The notes beneath the pieces were generated by a model. It ran no database searches and had not been told where the DNA came from. It saw nothing but the letters and a program-made list of their open reading frames with translations. Shown here piece after piece: positions 1-9,112 of a stretch of DNA of 32,229 nt. How positions within the stretch are numbered: the stretch's first letter is position 1; each line of letters begins with the position of its first letter. The position numbers were made by a program, and so were the translations under genes. Source of the stretch: a virus (Duplodnaviria > Heunggongvirae > Uroviricota > Caudoviricetes). The stretch is taken from IMG/VR virus record IMGVR_UViG_2529292920_000016; one strand, given 5' to 3'.

Positions 1-1119
1 TCAAATAACCAACTTAACCCATTCCTGACCTCGAGTATCGTTATAGCGATCGGTGGTTGCCTGGACTTTATGTCCTAGTAATGTTTTTGTATCAATACCC
101 TGTGCACGGTACAGCCGTTCTGATAGAGAGCGTTGTTCATGAAATGTTGGCGGAGTTTTTCCTGCTGGTGGAATTATCCCAGCCAGATCCCGTGCTTTGG
201 CAAAGTAGTCGCTCAGGTTGTCTTTACTCATCGGCTTCGGTTGTTTCTGGTGCCGACTATGGATTAGATATGGACTTAATATTCTGTCTCGGCACCCATC
301 AATAACTTCTTTTAACGTTATCCCAATGGCATCACAGCGTAGTGTAAGCGGTAACGCCAGACGCATTCCGGTTTTTCCCTGGGTGATATGCAAGTGTTCG
401 TTCCACACATCTGAAAAACGCATGTGGCAAATGTCATCACGGCGCTGACCAGTAACAATCGCAAGAAGCATTGCGTTACGGATAAAGTGTTTTTCAGGCG
501 TTGCATTGTAAATTTTTTGCCAGTCTTCCATGGTGAGCCTGGCTCTGGTTACTTTAGGGATCGGTTTACGGGTAGCCTCCGGAGGATTCCATCCAGGAGG
601 AACTTCCCCTGCATGCTGTGCTTCTTTATAAATATCAACCCATAATCCACGATTTACTCTCGCTGTGCTGACCATGTCTTTATCCAGCCACTCATCCAGT
701 ATTAATGCAAAGTCTCTTACTTCCAGTTCTTTCAATGGGTGGTTTCCCAGACGGGAAACCAGGTATGCAGCCATTCGGGTTTTTTCTTTGTGAGTTGTAG
801 CTGCAATATCTCCATTTTTCAGTCGCGTGTCCTGTATTTTCAGATATCGATCAACCCATGCCTTTAATCTGATACCCCGACGTTTTGTTGCTGACGGACT
901 TTCATCAATTTTGCGCATGAAATATTCAGCTTCTGCTGCAGCTATTCGCTGATTGGCTGTGGAAGCGATTTTTTCTGCCTTACCTTTGTCTGTTCCGAGT
1001 CCGTGAAATTTTCCAGTCACAGGATTTTTATACTGGTAGTAAACTCTGCCAGTTCTGCGATCAAACTTTTCGTAAAGACCGGCTACGTCAGTGCTGTTTT
1101 TTCGTGGCCTCGGTGACAT
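1..1119 (-). CDS. int: Phage integrase, tyrosine recombinase (lambda Int-like)
   Basis: 372-aa ORF, complete within window (stop at 1-3, ATG at 1117-1119). C-terminus ...LLGHKVQATTDRYNDTRGQEWVKLVI resembles lambda Int C-terminus with catalytic Tyr region; overlaps upstream xis-like ORF as in lambda. Confidence 0.88.
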   Translation of the reverse strand: MSPRPRKNSTDVAGLYEKFDRRTGRVYYQYKNPVTGKFHGLGTDKGKAEKIASTANQRIAAAEAEYFMRKIDESPSATKRRGIRLKAWVDRYLKIQDTRLKNGDIAATTHKEKTRMAAYLVSRLGNHPLKELEVRDFALILDEWLDKDMVSTARVNRGLWVDIYKEAQHAGEVPPGWNPPEATRKPIPKVTRARLTMEDWQKIYNATPEKHFIRNAMLLAIVTGQRRDDICHMRFSDVWNEHLHITQGKTGMRLALPLTLRCDAIGITLKEVIDGCRDRILSPYLIHSRHQKQPKPMSKDNLSDYFAKARDLAGIIPPAGKTPPTFHEQRSLSERLYRAQGIDTKTLLGHKVQATTDRYNDTRGQEWVKLVI

Positions 1120-1357
1120 GAGTTAAAATCTCCTTCAGTGCATCATCATCGCCAGTATGAATTTCCGGCGCAATTCCCGTTTCACCAGGCCCAACAAATA
1201 CTGCTCGGCGATCTATCAGCCAACGCCCACGAATTTTTTGTGGTCTTGGAACGATGTATCCTAGTTTTCCGTATTTCACCAGGGTAGTGTTTGTTATTGG
1301 GAGACTGAACCGTTTTGGTTTCCACTCGTCGAGCGTTATCAGGTACTGTTCGCTCAT
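1088..1357 (-). CDS. Excisionase-like small protein (Xis)
   Basis: 89-aa ORF from ATG at 1357 with GGAG about 9 nt upstream; overlaps int start by ~30 nt (xis-int arrangement). Small basic protein at the expected position; family assignment by position and size. Confidence 0.55.
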   Translation of the reverse strand: MSEQYLITLDEWKPKRFSLPITNTTLVKYGKLGYIVPRPQKIRGRWLIDRRAVFVGPGETGIAPEIHTGDDDALKEILTHVTEATKKQH

Positions 1358-1418
1358 GGCTATCACTCCGGAACGCGCCAGTTGCAGAATATCAACGACA
1401 ACTGGCGACGGTTGAACA

Positions 1419-3890
1419 TTAAAAATCAGCCTGATTCGGGATCAGTTTTTGCCAGATAGCTGAAACGTATTTTGCCTGGTGACGAGCGTCATCAAGTGCA
1501 TTATGGCGCTCACCTTCGAATGGAATAGCCGTTCTGGCATCGAAGTCTATGGCTTTCCCCAGCTCAACGATTGTGCGTACATCGCGATCGTTGTAGTAAC
1601 GCCACGGGCAGGGGATCCCCTGCCGTTCGTATGAACGGCGCAAAATCGTGTTGTCGAAGTTGGCTCCATTTCCCCAAACCTGAACAAAAAATTCACCGGA
1701 GTTTTCGTCGATAAATTCCCGCAATTGTAACAGTGCATCATCTAACGGGATTTCATCGGTCATAATGGCAGATTGCGCTTCGCGTGATTGCTTAAGCCAC
1801 CATTTAATGGTGTCCCGATCAATGACTCCGCCAGCAGTTTCCAGATCGATAGTCTTACTAAATTCCGGTCCCATATCTCCGGTTTGCGGATCGAAAAATA
1901 TTGCACCTATTGAGATGATCGGGGCATCAGGATTTTTTCCCATGGTTTCAAGGTCGATCATTAGATGGTCACACGTCCTGCTGGTGGATGTGATTTCGTG
2001 ATGACCGTTCACCTTAATTGAGTGATCTGCCGTCTCGCCAGTCTCATTATCGCTATTGTGATGCTGATTGCCGCCAGTGTTCTCCTTGTGTGGATGCTCA
2101 GCGCCTTCCATTTCCTCCGGATCATCTTCCTGAACTTCAACCTGATACTCTTCATCGAATGTTTCCTGGTATGTTGCGTCGCCCATCACCGCACCACAAT
2201 CAGGGCAGTTGCCGCCGCCGGTCTGACCGCAGGCGGTGCAGACTTTTTCCACTTCCTGTTGCACTACTGGTTCAGGTAGTTTCGTTTCTGGCTCGTTTTG
2301 TTGCGTATTTGGGCTGTTTTGTTCCGCTTTCTGGTCGTTCTGTTCCGTTTCTTGCTGGTTCTGGTTCACAGAATCGCGGGTTTCAATCCCCTTCACCCAT
2401 TTCGGATCATTCGGATCGCTAACCCCTGCAACAAATTCACCACGTGATACTGCAAGCAGTTCATCGGCGTCAGGCTGGCTGATATTGGCTGCCTGCATAA
2501 TTTTGTTTACTTCGTCAGCGGTAACTTTTACCGGCCCTGGTTGTGCGGTCGTGTCAGATGCACCAGTATTTTGTTGTGAACCTGAGTATGTACCGTTTTT
2601 GCGGGCGAAATATTCTTCTTTCGTGATTTCAGTAGCCCCTGTAGCCAGTGCCTTATCCAGACCAGAAAGTTTGTTTGCGCGACCGTATTTTTCGCTATCC
2701 TTGTCGGTGAAGAGGAAGTAGAACGGCCCTTCACGCTCTACAGATGGTTCGACTTCCACTTTGCATTCGGTTTTTTCGTTGTCTGGAATTGCCGTTTCCA
2801 CTGCATCAGTTTCTGGTACTGGCGACGAGAGAGTATCAGTTGCGCTCTGATTTCTTCCTTCATCTTCAAACACGCCCTTTGTAGTCAGGTATTCAGTAAT
2901 GTATTTGTTCAGTGCCACAGGGTCTTTGTGAATGTCGATCGGACGTTCACGGACAAGGCCAAAAATAGTCTGGCGGTCGTAGCGAAGGGCATCAGGCTGT
3001 TTGCGCATTGATGCCGAGATACGCTTCCAGTCTTCGCGGTCGTTGTCGATAACTTCTTTTTTTGCCCAGCGATGGATGCTGCCGTCAATGTTTCCGGCAT
3101 CCACATCACCAGGCCAGAGAGCGTAGGCCAGTTCGTCATCCAGTGTTTTCCATGTCTGCTTGTATTCGCGATGAGTGGCAGCAATGACCGGGCTGATTTT
3201 TCCTGTTGAATTTTCAGTGTTCTGTTGATTGGCTCTGGCGCGGGCGAGATCAACAACAGACGTGTATTTTCCGGTTTCCTTGCGTTCACCTTCGCGACGT
3301 TTTTTCCAGATGCGCATCTCTGCCTGAATTTCGGGCCATTTGGCACCAGGCTTACATTTATGCTTAACCCACCCGATGGCATGCAGCTTAAGCTCCGGAT
3401 ACATGGCGTTAACTTCTGGCATTTTCATCAACGCTTCAACGATATGTCCGTCGAATGTTGCCATGTCTTCCTGCAACAATTCCTGTGCGCTAATCACCAT
3501 ATCAACGGTGATGTTTTCACATGTGTCGAACTTAACCATGACAGCGTTCTGTACTTCAGGGGCCAGCTTGTCAAAAGTGACGTTCATCGGATCGGATTCA
3601 GTCTCAACCGGGACAAAAGAAGCAGAATCCTCATCCCAGCGGTTTTCCTGCATATATTCAGCATCCCATGAATCGAGGGCAGGGCGGGGTATGCCAGGTT
3701 TATCCTCGCAGACAATAAATTTATAAGCGCAGTCCTGAGCAGCCGGATAATGTTCCAGGAATTGCCAGTGAAATTTTGCTCGAGCACGGCGTTCGTCGCC
3801 AGCTTCAATGGCTGTGGCTACAGCCACAGCGCCTTCTTCCCTTGTTGCCAGTTCGTCAGGAATAGCGGCGCAAATAAAGACTTTACTCAT
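1419..3890 (-). CDS. Large exonuclease-like protein with C-terminal DnaQ/DEDDh-type 3'-5' exonuclease domain (family often annotated exodeoxyribonuclease VIII-like in E. coli prophages)
   Basis: ORF track 1419..3926; likely start at internal ATG (MSKVF...) with GAGG upstream. C-terminal ~200 aa has DEDDh-like motifs (MIDLETMG..., ...HNALDDARHQAKY). Central Cys4 zinc-ribbon-like CTACGQTGGGNCPDCG and Q/N/E-rich low-complexity linker. Confidence 0.6.
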   Translation of the reverse strand: MSKVFICAAIPDELATREEGAVAVATAIEAGDERRARAKFHWQFLEHYPAAQDCAYKFIVCEDKPGIPRPALDSWDAEYMQENRWDEDSASFVPVETESDPMNVTFDKLAPEVQNAVMVKFDTCENITVDMVISAQELLQEDMATFDGHIVEALMKMPEVNAMYPELKLHAIGWVKHKCKPGAKWPEIQAEMRIWKKRREGERKETGKYTSVVDLARARANQQNTENSTGKISPVIAATHREYKQTWKTLDDELAYALWPGDVDAGNIDGSIHRWAKKEVIDNDREDWKRISASMRKQPDALRYDRQTIFGLVRERPIDIHKDPVALNKYITEYLTTKGVFEDEGRNQSATDTLSSPVPETDAVETAIPDNEKTECKVEVEPSVEREGPFYFLFTDKDSEKYGRANKLSGLDKALATGATEITKEEYFARKNGTYSGSQQNTGASDTTAQPGPVKVTADEVNKIMQAANISQPDADELLAVSRGEFVAGVSDPNDPKWVKGIETRDSVNQNQQETEQNDQKAEQNSPNTQQNEPETKLPEPVVQQEVEKVCTACGQTGGGNCPDCGAVMGDATYQETFDEEYQVEVQEDDPEEMEGAEHPHKENTGGNQHHNSDNETGETADHSIKVNGHHEITSTSRTCDHLMIDLETMGKNPDAPIISIGAIFFDPQTGDMGPEFSKTIDLETAGGVIDRDTIKWWLKQSREAQSAIMTDEIPLDDALLQLREFIDENSGEFFVQVWGNGANFDNTILRRSYERQGIPCPWRYYNDRDVRTIVELGKAIDFDARTAIPFEGERHNALDDARHQAKYVSAIWQKLIPNQADF

Positions 3891-4170
3891 TTGTTTTAAC
3901 CTCATGACAGATTTAAGGATGAACAAATCCCTGCCATTGCTGGCATATAAGAATGAAACCGGATATTTATTACGGAACTGTTTTAAAGACCTGCCGGGAT
4001 TTCGATATTATCCTGGTGAATAACTTTATCGACCGGGTAACAGTTACCGGGAATTTTCTGTTCGGTTGCTGCAGTCATACACTACTGCATTGTCCTGTGA
4101 ACACTGACTGCAATATCAACTGGCTCTCCGGAAACAAGAAAAACTGTCAGAACAAGCACAAATGCTGAAT

Positions 4171-4359
4171 TCATTGTGCACATCCTTTTGGCATCAGACG
4201 TAAACGAGCCAGCATTGAAACAATGCATATTTTATTTAATAGCTCCCGTTCTTGTTTTCTCTTGTTAATGGCATCTTCAGTAAATACTGGGTTACTGATA
4301 GTGACACCAATTTCAAAACAACCTTCAGACGTATTAACGTTTGGTAATAACGTTTTCAT
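4171..4359 (-). CDS. Hypothetical small early protein (62 aa)
   Basis: Internal ATG of ORF 4171..4464 preceded by GAGGA with ~7 nt spacing; leftward orientation matches early-left operon. No family recognised. Confidence 0.3.
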   Translation of the reverse strand: MKTLLPNVNTSEGCFEIGVTISNPVFTEDAINKRKQERELLNKICIVSMLARLRLMPKGCAQ

Positions 4360-4927
4360 TATCGCGTCCTCAACAATGAATTTTGTGATGCAGTGCCTGG
4401 TGCCTCCAGGTGACGTTAACCAGTTAACAATTAACGCCGGATACAGAGAATCCACCCATAACACTGTTTTTGGTTTTAACTGTTCCGCGTGCGCTCAGCC
4501 GCATTCACCACATCACAAAATTCACTTTAAAAAGGGCGGCAGAGCAGTCACGGAGTAAAACTGATACCGCCAAACGTCACCAGAAAATTGATAACAGAGG
4601 GCGTTGCAGCGGGGTTGTCACTTAAGCGTATGGTCAACCTGACAACCCGGTGTCCTCAACGGGGGAAGGAATAACCCCGCCATACTTACCGCCGCGCCAT
4701 TTCGCGGATTGCCACAACCGGAAGCGCACGGTCGACGAAAATTTAACGACAGGCTATCTATGAACCAGCTACCTCGCCGTGCGCTTTCGCGTTATGGTCT
4801 GACTTTTCAGGGACATATCCTTTCAGTAAACTGTCAGTGCCGGATGCTCACCCGTGTCCGGCGCACGCACTCCACCTCATCCGTGGAGAACTCCTTAATT
4901 ACCAACCTTAGCTTCGTTGGTTAGCTA

Positions 4928-5146
4928 TTAACGCGGGTATGTAATCATTCTGGCAATGCTTAATGTCGCTGCTTTTTCCAGATTAGTGATATCCTGCTCC
5001 AGAGCGGACAGATTTTCAGCCTGCTTAGCCCTGGCTTCATTGGCCCATTTCAGATCCTGCGCTGCATTAATTTTCTGGCGCATCCACTCATAAAGTTCAT
5101 CATCGGTATAGTCTGGCGCGATGATGACGGGTTCTCGTTTCTGCAT
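4928..5146 (-). CDS. Hypothetical small early protein (72 aa)
   Basis: ORF on leftward strand in early-left region; charged, helical-looking sequence; no family recognised. Confidence 0.35.
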   Translation of the reverse strand: MQKREPVIIAPDYTDDELYEWMRQKINAAQDLKWANEARAKQAENLSALEQDITNLEKAATLSIARMITYPR

Positions 5147-5305
5147 ACTGATTCCTCGCGGTGCTGTTTCGCTTATCAGCCGTTAGATTTTGCCGAACTG
5201 GAAAGTGCCTGTTTAAATTCGCTGAAGCTGAGAGCTTCTTCGCCTTCGGCAAGACCTTCGAAGTATTCTTCGTAAGCCTTTTCCATGATTGTGTCGAAAT
5301 CCATA

Positions 5306-5554
5306 TCACCCACCTGAATTTCTTTCCAGCCAGCGACGCGCTCCAGATTCGGTTTTAAACGTTTTGCTTTTGGTATACGTCATCGCGGTGAACGTACCGT
5401 CCTGGTTGGGGAACACGCCACATACCAGAGATTCGCTGTTGCCAAGATCGATAGTATCCATGTTGACCTCATTTCCCCTTAACGCCGGGGTAGCGGAACT
5501 GTTTGCTGAGAACACCGTGCGGTGTCTTGATGGATCGTAATTTAGTTTTCTCAT
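5306..5554 (-). CDS. Hypothetical small early protein (82 aa, or 51 aa from internal start)
   Basis: ORF on leftward strand. Internal ATG (MDTIDLG...) has a strong RBS-like AGGGGAAATGAGG upstream, so the shorter product starting near 5461 is the more plausible. Confidence 0.3.
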   Translation of the reverse strand: MRKLNYDPSRHRTVFSANSSATPALRGNEVNMDTIDLGNSESLVCGVFPNQDGTFTAMTYTKSKTFKTESGARRWLERNSGG

Positions 5555-5652
5555 GAATATTGATCAAGTGCTTTTGATGATAAAACTCAATATTTAATGC
5601 AAAATAAAGCCAATACATTGAAATGTAAGGCTTTAAAATTTGTGAAGGGGGG

Positions 5653-6060
5653 TTATTGATGTTTGTTACGTTTGCGAGCTTCTAGTAGCTCGGTGAATAG
5701 GCGATTAAAATTCTCAACGCGGGCACGGAGTTCGCTGATTTGTGCTTGCTGCTCTGATTTTGGAAGTGCGCGATACAATCGCAACATCTCCAACTCATCT
5801 TCCGATAAGTCTAAGGCGCTGTTGAGTGCAACTGGTGGATCTGGTGTTTTATCCTCGTCACCAAACAGTATCCAAGTTGGTGAACATTGCAATACCTCAG
5901 CCAGGCGATGCAAATTTTGCCCGCGCGGGGCTGTATGGTCGCTTTCCCATAGTGAAATTGATGAGCCAGATACGCCAGCAGCTTTGCTTAAATCGTTTTG
6001 ACTTAAACCAACCTGTTTGCGTCTTTCTCTAATTCGTTGACCTAAAGTTTTCTCGTTCAT
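5653..6060 (-). CDS. dicA: XRE-family HTH repressor, DicA-like (immunity repressor without peptidase S24 domain)
   Basis: 135 aa; N-terminal HTH (QRIRERRKQVGLSQNDLSKAAGVSGSSISLWE) and the stretch LQCSPTWILFGDEDK..., ELRARVENFNRLFTELLEARKR closely recall E. coli DicA. Divergent from a Cro/DicC-like gene. Confidence 0.75.
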   Translation of the reverse strand: MNEKTLGQRIRERRKQVGLSQNDLSKAAGVSGSSISLWESDHTAPRGQNLHRLAEVLQCSPTWILFGDEDKTPDPPVALNSALDLSEDELEMLRLYRALPKSEQQAQISELRARVENFNRLFTELLEARKRNKHQ

Positions 6061-6081
6061 ATTTAGATATCTTAATAACCC

Positions 6082-6124
6082 TTGACTTGAGATTCCTTGA
6101 GTGATTACTATTGAGAAAACTCAA
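6082..6124. promoter_or_regulatory. Putative rightward early promoter/operator region between repressor and cro-like gene
   Basis: TTGACT (-35-like, 6082-6087), ~18-nt spacer, TACTAT (-10-like). Perfect palindrome TTGAGaaaaCTCAA at 6111-6124 overlaps the start region of the rightward gene. Related TTGA...TCAA palindromes occur at 5561-5568 and 5574-5590. Confidence 0.35.
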
Positions 6125-6137
6125 CTTTGGAGGGGTG

Positions 6138-6365
6138 ATGTTTAAATCAGACGTAATTAATTTTTATGGGACGAAAGCCAAAGTAGCGAAAGCTGCTGGT
6201 GTTGATCCATCTGCTGTTTCTCAATGGGGGGAACTGGTTCCTGAAGGTCGCGCGATGCGCCTGCAAGAGGCATCCGGCGGGGAACTTCAGTACGACCCCA
6301 AAGTTTATGACGAATATCGTAAGGCAAAGCGGGCGGGGCGGTTGAACAATGAAAATCACCCCTGA
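6138..6365 (+). CDS. Cro/DicC-like small DNA-binding protein
   Basis: 76-aa product from ATG at 6138 (GGAGG RBS 6130-6134). Divergent from repressor. Contains YGTKAKVAKAAGV...SAVSQW HTH-like segment. Confidence 0.6.
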   Translation: MFKSDVINFYGTKAKVAKAAGVDPSAVSQWGELVPEGRAMRLQEASGGELQYDPKVYDEYRKAKRAGRLNNENHP

Positions 6366-6900
6366 ACAGGTTTGTGAGGCTCTGGATGCCTGGGTATGCC
6401 GACCAGGAATGACACAGGAGCAGGCGACGATATTAATCACGGAAGCATTCTGGGCTCTGAAAGAACGCCCGAACATCGATGTTCAACGCGTCACGTTTAA
6501 TGATGGCGAGGTTGATCAACGGGCGCTGTGCGTTAACCGGGTGAAGATATTCGAACGCTGGAAAGCTATCGACACCAGGGATAAGCGGAAAAAATTCACG
6601 GCGCTGATTCCGGCAATTATGGAGGCTATCCGAATTAGTGATTTCAGGCTGTATCGTGAGATCAGTGATGGAAAAAGCATTACGTACATGATCGCCGGAT
6701 TAAACAAAGAATATGGCGATGTGGTGGAGTCCGGGCTGCTTTTTGCGGATCCATCTGTTGTGGAACGTGAGACTGACGAGCTTATAGAAAAAGCTATTGC
6801 TTTCAAGCATGCGTATCGTCAGCAATATCAATATTACTTTGCAGATAAACAAATGTCTGCCAGGGGTTCGTATGAGTATCGATGCACTACGATGGGCTAA
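6349..6900 (+). CDS. Hypothetical early protein (183 aa)
   Basis: ORF immediately downstream of cro-like gene, overlapping its end; typical position of a cII/YdaT-like early gene but family not recognised from sequence. Confidence 0.45.
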   Translation: MKITPEQVCEALDAWVCRPGMTQEQATILITEAFWALKERPNIDVQRVTFNDGEVDQRALCVNRVKIFERWKAIDTRDKRKKFTALIPAIMEAIRISDFRLYREISDGKSITYMIAGLNKEYGDVVESGLLFADPSVVERETDELIEKAIAFKHAYRQQYQYYFADKQMSARGSYEYRCTTMG

Positions 6901-7912
6901 AAAGGTGAAAACCGGCAGTTCATCCAGTAAGTCTGTATTGACCTGGCTTGCTGATATGTGCGGTGCCGATTTGTGTGCATACCCGTCTGTATCTGCACTG
7001 GCAGAAGTAACGGAACTGAACAAAAAGACTGTGCAGGACAGCTTACGACACCTGATGGAGATTGGGTTAATTGTTGATACCGGTGAGAGAAAAGGCAGAA
7101 CAAAGCAAATTGTGGTGTACCGACTTATCGGTGTAGAAGAAAGTGTTGCCGAGCCTGAATACACCCAAAAACGGGAGTCTTTAAAGGTGGGTAAAATCGG
7201 TGCTGTTAATAAAAACAGTACCGAAAATGGTTATGTTTCAGCACAAAACAGACCCAAAAACGGAACTCTTAGCTGCATGGAAAATAACCAAAGACACCCA
7301 AATTTTCCATCAAAGACACCCAAAAACGGATCACGGAACCCAAAGGAACCCAAAGAGCTAAACCCCACACATAACGCACGCGAGAGTGCTCCGACCAGTG
7401 AGCAGAAAGTTTTGTCGTTACAGGCTGCACCTCCTGTATTCCTGGATGGCCTGAGCGAACCCATCGAAAAATTTCCGATGACCGATAGCTGGTATTCGTC
7501 ACGGGATTTTCGACGACGGGCTGCGTTGTGGGGGATGGCTTTGCCGGAGACAGAATTCACACCTGCTGAACTTGCCGCCTTCCGGGACTACTGGGCTGCT
7601 GAGGGGAAAGTGTTTACGCAGATTCAGTGGGAGCAGAAATTCGCCCGTCACGTAAATCACGTCAGGGCGCAGGTTAAACCAGTCAGCAAGGGGGTAAACC
7701 ATGCAGCAGCACCAGGTGACACCGCATCACGGGCAGTTCAGGAAATTCGGGCAGCACGTGAGCAGTGGGAACGTGAAAACGGATTTATCAGCGACGGAAA
7801 CGGCCTGGAAGCTGTGGGAACTCATGGGGGAGGTTTATTCGAACCGCTGGACCCAGAAGAACGGGGCCGCACCTTCGAAGCTCTGGATTGCACAGATTGG
7901 TGCGATGACTGA
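6871..7912 (+). CDS. Replication initiation protein, O-like, with N-terminal winged-helix (HTH_36-like) domain
   Basis: Start at ATG 6871 (MSIDALRWAKK...) with AGGGG upstream. N-terminus has the characteristic pattern of phage replication-initiator HTH domains (VLTWLADMCGADLCAYPSVSALAEVTELNKKTVQDSLRHLMEIGLI). Confidence 0.6.
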
Positions 7913-8366
7913 GCAGAAAATCCGACAGGTCTGCCGCCAGTGCATGGACCGCTGCCGGGCGGGTGAAACATGGCCTCCGGACCTGGCTGAGTTTGTGGCG
8001 CTGATTTCTGAAAGCGGAGCCAATCCATTCGGTCTGACGGTGGATGCCGTGATGGAGGAGTACCGTCGCTGGCGCAACGAGTCCTGGCGATACGACGGGA
8101 GCGATAAATACCCGTGGTCTCAGCCTGTGCTGTATCACATTTGCCTCGAGATGCGTTCAAAGGGGATTGAGCGGCAGATGACCGAAGGGGAGTTAAAACG
8201 GCTTGCAGAACGGCAGCTGACGAAATGGGCAAAGCATGTTAGTAACGGCCTGAGTGTTCCGCCAGTCCGGCGACAACTGGCGGCACCCAAACGCCCGTCG
8301 GGGCCAACGCCAATTGAGTTGCTGAAACAGGAATATGAACGCCGGAAAGCGGCTGGGCTTGTCTGA
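7701..8366 (+). CDS. Replication protein P-like (helicase loader)
   Basis: Recognisable similarity to lambda P: WPPDLAEFVAL / PSPGQFVAW, YPWSQPVLYHICL / YPWKSNAHYWLV, ELKRLAERQLTKWAKHVSNG / ELRRKAADELVHMTARINRG. ATG 7701 has AGGGGG RBS; an ATGA-coupled internal start at 7908 is an alternative. Confidence 0.6.
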   Translation: MQQHQVTPHHGQFRKFGQHVSSGNVKTDLSATETAWKLWELMGEVYSNRWTQKNGAAPSKLWIAQIGAMTEQKIRQVCRQCMDRCRAGETWPPDLAEFVALISESGANPFGLTVDAVMEEYRRWRNESWRYDGSDKYPWSQPVLYHICLEMRSKGIERQMTEGELKRLAERQLTKWAKHVSNGLSVPPVRRQLAAPKRPSGPTPIELLKQEYERRKAAGLV

Positions 8367-8398
8367 GTTGAGAAGTAATTTTTACCGGGAGGAAATTT

Positions 8399-8673
8399 AT
8401 GGAGACTGTTTTTGACGCACTGAAAGCAATGGGAAAAGCCACATCCATAGAACTTGCTGCGCGCGTGAAGAAGTGCTGAACGAACTATGGGAACTGAAAA
8501 AGGCTGGTTTTGTTGATAAAAGCGCGTACACCTGGCGTGTGGCTGATAACAACGTTCAGCAGGAACAGCCAGCGCAGGCAGAACTGCCGGAAGAAACCAC
8601 CACAATGAGTGAAGTTATGCAGCGCATACTGGCATTTTATCAGGGAAATGTTCGATATTTTAGACGTTACTAG
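8399..8673 (+). pseudogene. Small early gene split by an apparent 1-nt frameshift (two ORF pieces 8399-8478 and 8473-8673)
   Basis: ATG 8399 with strong GGGAGG RBS gives [30 protein letters not shown]; the other frame continues ...[19 protein letters not shown]... A single base missing in the A-run near 8468-8472 would join them into one ~90-aa protein. Confidence 0.35.
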
Positions 8674-9068
8674 ATTAAAGAGCATTAGTTCAGATGTGAA
8701 TTGACATTGTGTGGCACAGGGTTGGGCTAGCGTGGGGGTTTGCTTTGTGTAAGAAACGGATGCTCTGCAAATTACTACTAATGCTTAATGTTAGTCTGAT
8801 CTGCTCCCCGATGATTAATACACCGCTATGTTAGTAATGTCTGTAGATCGCTGTGTGTTGCATCCATCGGTTGACCCCACAGTCCAAACCAGACTGTCAG
8901 CTTTGATTCGATTCTATCTACTCAACCTGTCAGGTAATGTCTGAGCTAATACACAGAGTACGGCTATCGCGAACTTTAAGCTAGGTATCTGATACGCACC
9001 GTTCACTTGGTCGTACTTCTTGCACTGACTAGCTATCGTGCGCAGTTATTTATAGGTAATCTCCAGTG

Positions 9069-9074
9069 TATAAT
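9069..9074 (+). promoter_or_regulatory. Candidate -10 element (TATAAT) upstream of orphan cargo ORF
   Basis: TATAAT at 9069-9074, ~40 nt upstream of ATG 9113 whose RBS is AGGAGG (9102-9107). No convincing -35 found. Confidence 0.25.
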
Positions 9075-9112
9075 TTTCCAACTTATGGGAGATTGTAAAA
9101 CAGGAGGAATAT

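Noticed and set aside
2236-2721. Plus-strand ORFs (e.g. 2018-2422, 2236-2721, 3225-3671, 3340-3726) inside the large exonuclease-like gene
   Set aside because: They lie antisense to a long, well-supported minus-strand CDS, have low-complexity Cys/Ser-rich translations and no RBS; most likely non-coding.
3953-4924. Plus-strand ORFs 3953-4168, 4223-4558, 4709-4924 in the early-left region
   Set aside because: Orientation opposes the leftward early operon, there are no convincing RBS sequences, and they overlap more plausible minus-strand small genes.
6147-7164. Minus-strand ORFs 6147-6476, 6516-6806, 6700-7164 in the early-right region
   Set aside because: Overlap and oppose the cro-like, 183-aa and O-like genes, which have better start signals and an orientation consistent with rightward early transcription.
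7788-8605. Minus-strand ORFs 7788-8138, 7822-8232, 7835-8077, 8135-8605 within the P-like gene region
   Set aside because: Antisense to the P-like CDS, which shows lambda P similarity; Arg/Pro/Ser-rich composition suggests frame artefacts.
8700-9060. Possible CRISPR array or structured repeats in the AT-rich leader of the island
   Set aside because: Only short scattered direct repeats (e.g. TAATGTCTG twice, CTGTCAG twice) with no regular repeat-spacer periodicity; no CRISPR array is evident anywhere in the window.
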